From NCBI GenBank assembly GCA_905181645.1, contig CAJIYN010000001.1:535334-599333 (forward strand): 64,000 bases of DNA, read 5' to 3'. The notes beneath the pieces were generated by a model that was not told the DNA's origin, did not search any database, and worked only from the letters and a program-made list of their open reading frames with translations. The DNA comes from an uncultured SAR86 cluster bacterium (GTDB lineage Bacteria > Pseudomonadota > Gammaproteobacteria > Magnimaribacterales > D2472). Shown here piece after piece: positions 63,300 to 64,000 of this stretch (the first letter of the stretch is position 1; every line of letters starts with the position of its first letter). The translations under genes were made by a program, and so were the position numbers.

Positions 63300-64000
63300 A
63301 TGAACTGGGAAGTAGTAGATCAACATAATCAACAAGCCAGAATAAAAGTAATTGGAGTTGGAGGGCAGTTATTCATATGATCAGACCATGATATTCAAGG
63401 TGTTGATTTTATTTGTGCAAATACGGACACTCAGGCATTATCAGAGGCAAATGGTGCAATAACACTAAAATTAGGAAATGGATTAACAAAGGGTCTAGGA
63501 GCTGGAGCAAACCCTGAGGTCGGTCGTCAAGCAGCAGAGGGAGATAGAGAGGCTATTCAAGAGCTCTTAGGTGATGCAGACATGATCTTTATTACAGCTG
63601 GCATGGGTGGAGGCACTGGAACTGGTGCAGCTCCTGTAATTGCATCTATTGCTAAAGAAATGGGCGCACTAACCGTTGCTGTTGTAACAAAACCATTTAA
63701 ATTTGAAGGCAAAAGAAGAATGACTGCAGCCGAACAAGGCTTAGCAGCTCTAGTTGAAGAAGTGGATAGCTTGATTACAATCCCGAATCAAAGACTCATT
63801 GAAGTTCTTGGTGGAAATACAACTATGACAGATGCATTCGCCAGAGCAGATGATGTCTTAAAAGGTGCCGTGCAAGGCATATCAGATATCATTATGAAAG
63901 ATGGATTAATTAATGTTGACTTTAATGATGTTAACACAGTAATGTCTGAAAAGGGCATAGCCATGATGGGCACAGGAAGATCTAGTGGTAAAGATAGAGC
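63300..64000 (+). CDS. ftsZ: Cell division protein FtsZ (5' part; frameshift near 63365; runs off window)
   Basis: [50 protein letters not shown]; SD AAGGGG. Confidence 0.97.

Overview
AT-rich (about one third GC by eye), densely packed core-genome segment of a streamlined marine gammaproteobacterium; gene content and style suggest the SAR86 clade (inference). Gene order: lptF/lptG, RDD, POT transporter, dapE-dapD-glnD-map, carAB-greA-rlmE-ftsH-glmM-tpiA-secG, an MBL hydrolase, tRNA-Leu/tRNA-fMet, rimP-nusA-infB-rbfA-truB-rpsO-pnp, two small paralogous membrane proteins, tRNA-Met, ychF-pth-rplY-prs-tRNA-Gln-ispE-lolB, hemA-prfA-prmC, acyl-CoA ligase + MaoC, gatCAB, mreBCD-yhdP, mgtE-rpoN-lptB-lptA-kdsD, mlaC-bolA-murA, degS, zapE, rplM-rpsI-petABC-sspA, lpoA, rsmI, RNase P RNA, mraZ and ftsZ. 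I saw no IS, prophage or CRISPR. Major caveat: most genes, including essential ones, are frameshifted, and several carry 70-220 bp replacements by pieces of unrelated genes (ccmF, prolyl oligopeptidase, BatD, RuvX, LysE, TAXI, DUF3501-like). The window therefore looks like an error-prone long read or contig mis-polished with metagenomic short reads, and single-base claims need re-checking. Most promising biological signals: a tandem pair of uncharacterised ~70-aa membrane proteins separated by a strong terminator; mraZ directly joined to ftsZ with AAAGTGTG operator boxes; a hidden ArfA-like micro-ORF; repeated leaderless-type promoter-ATG architecture; and a sigma-54 with a divergent activator-interacting region. 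Family assignments come from motif recognition, not database searches.
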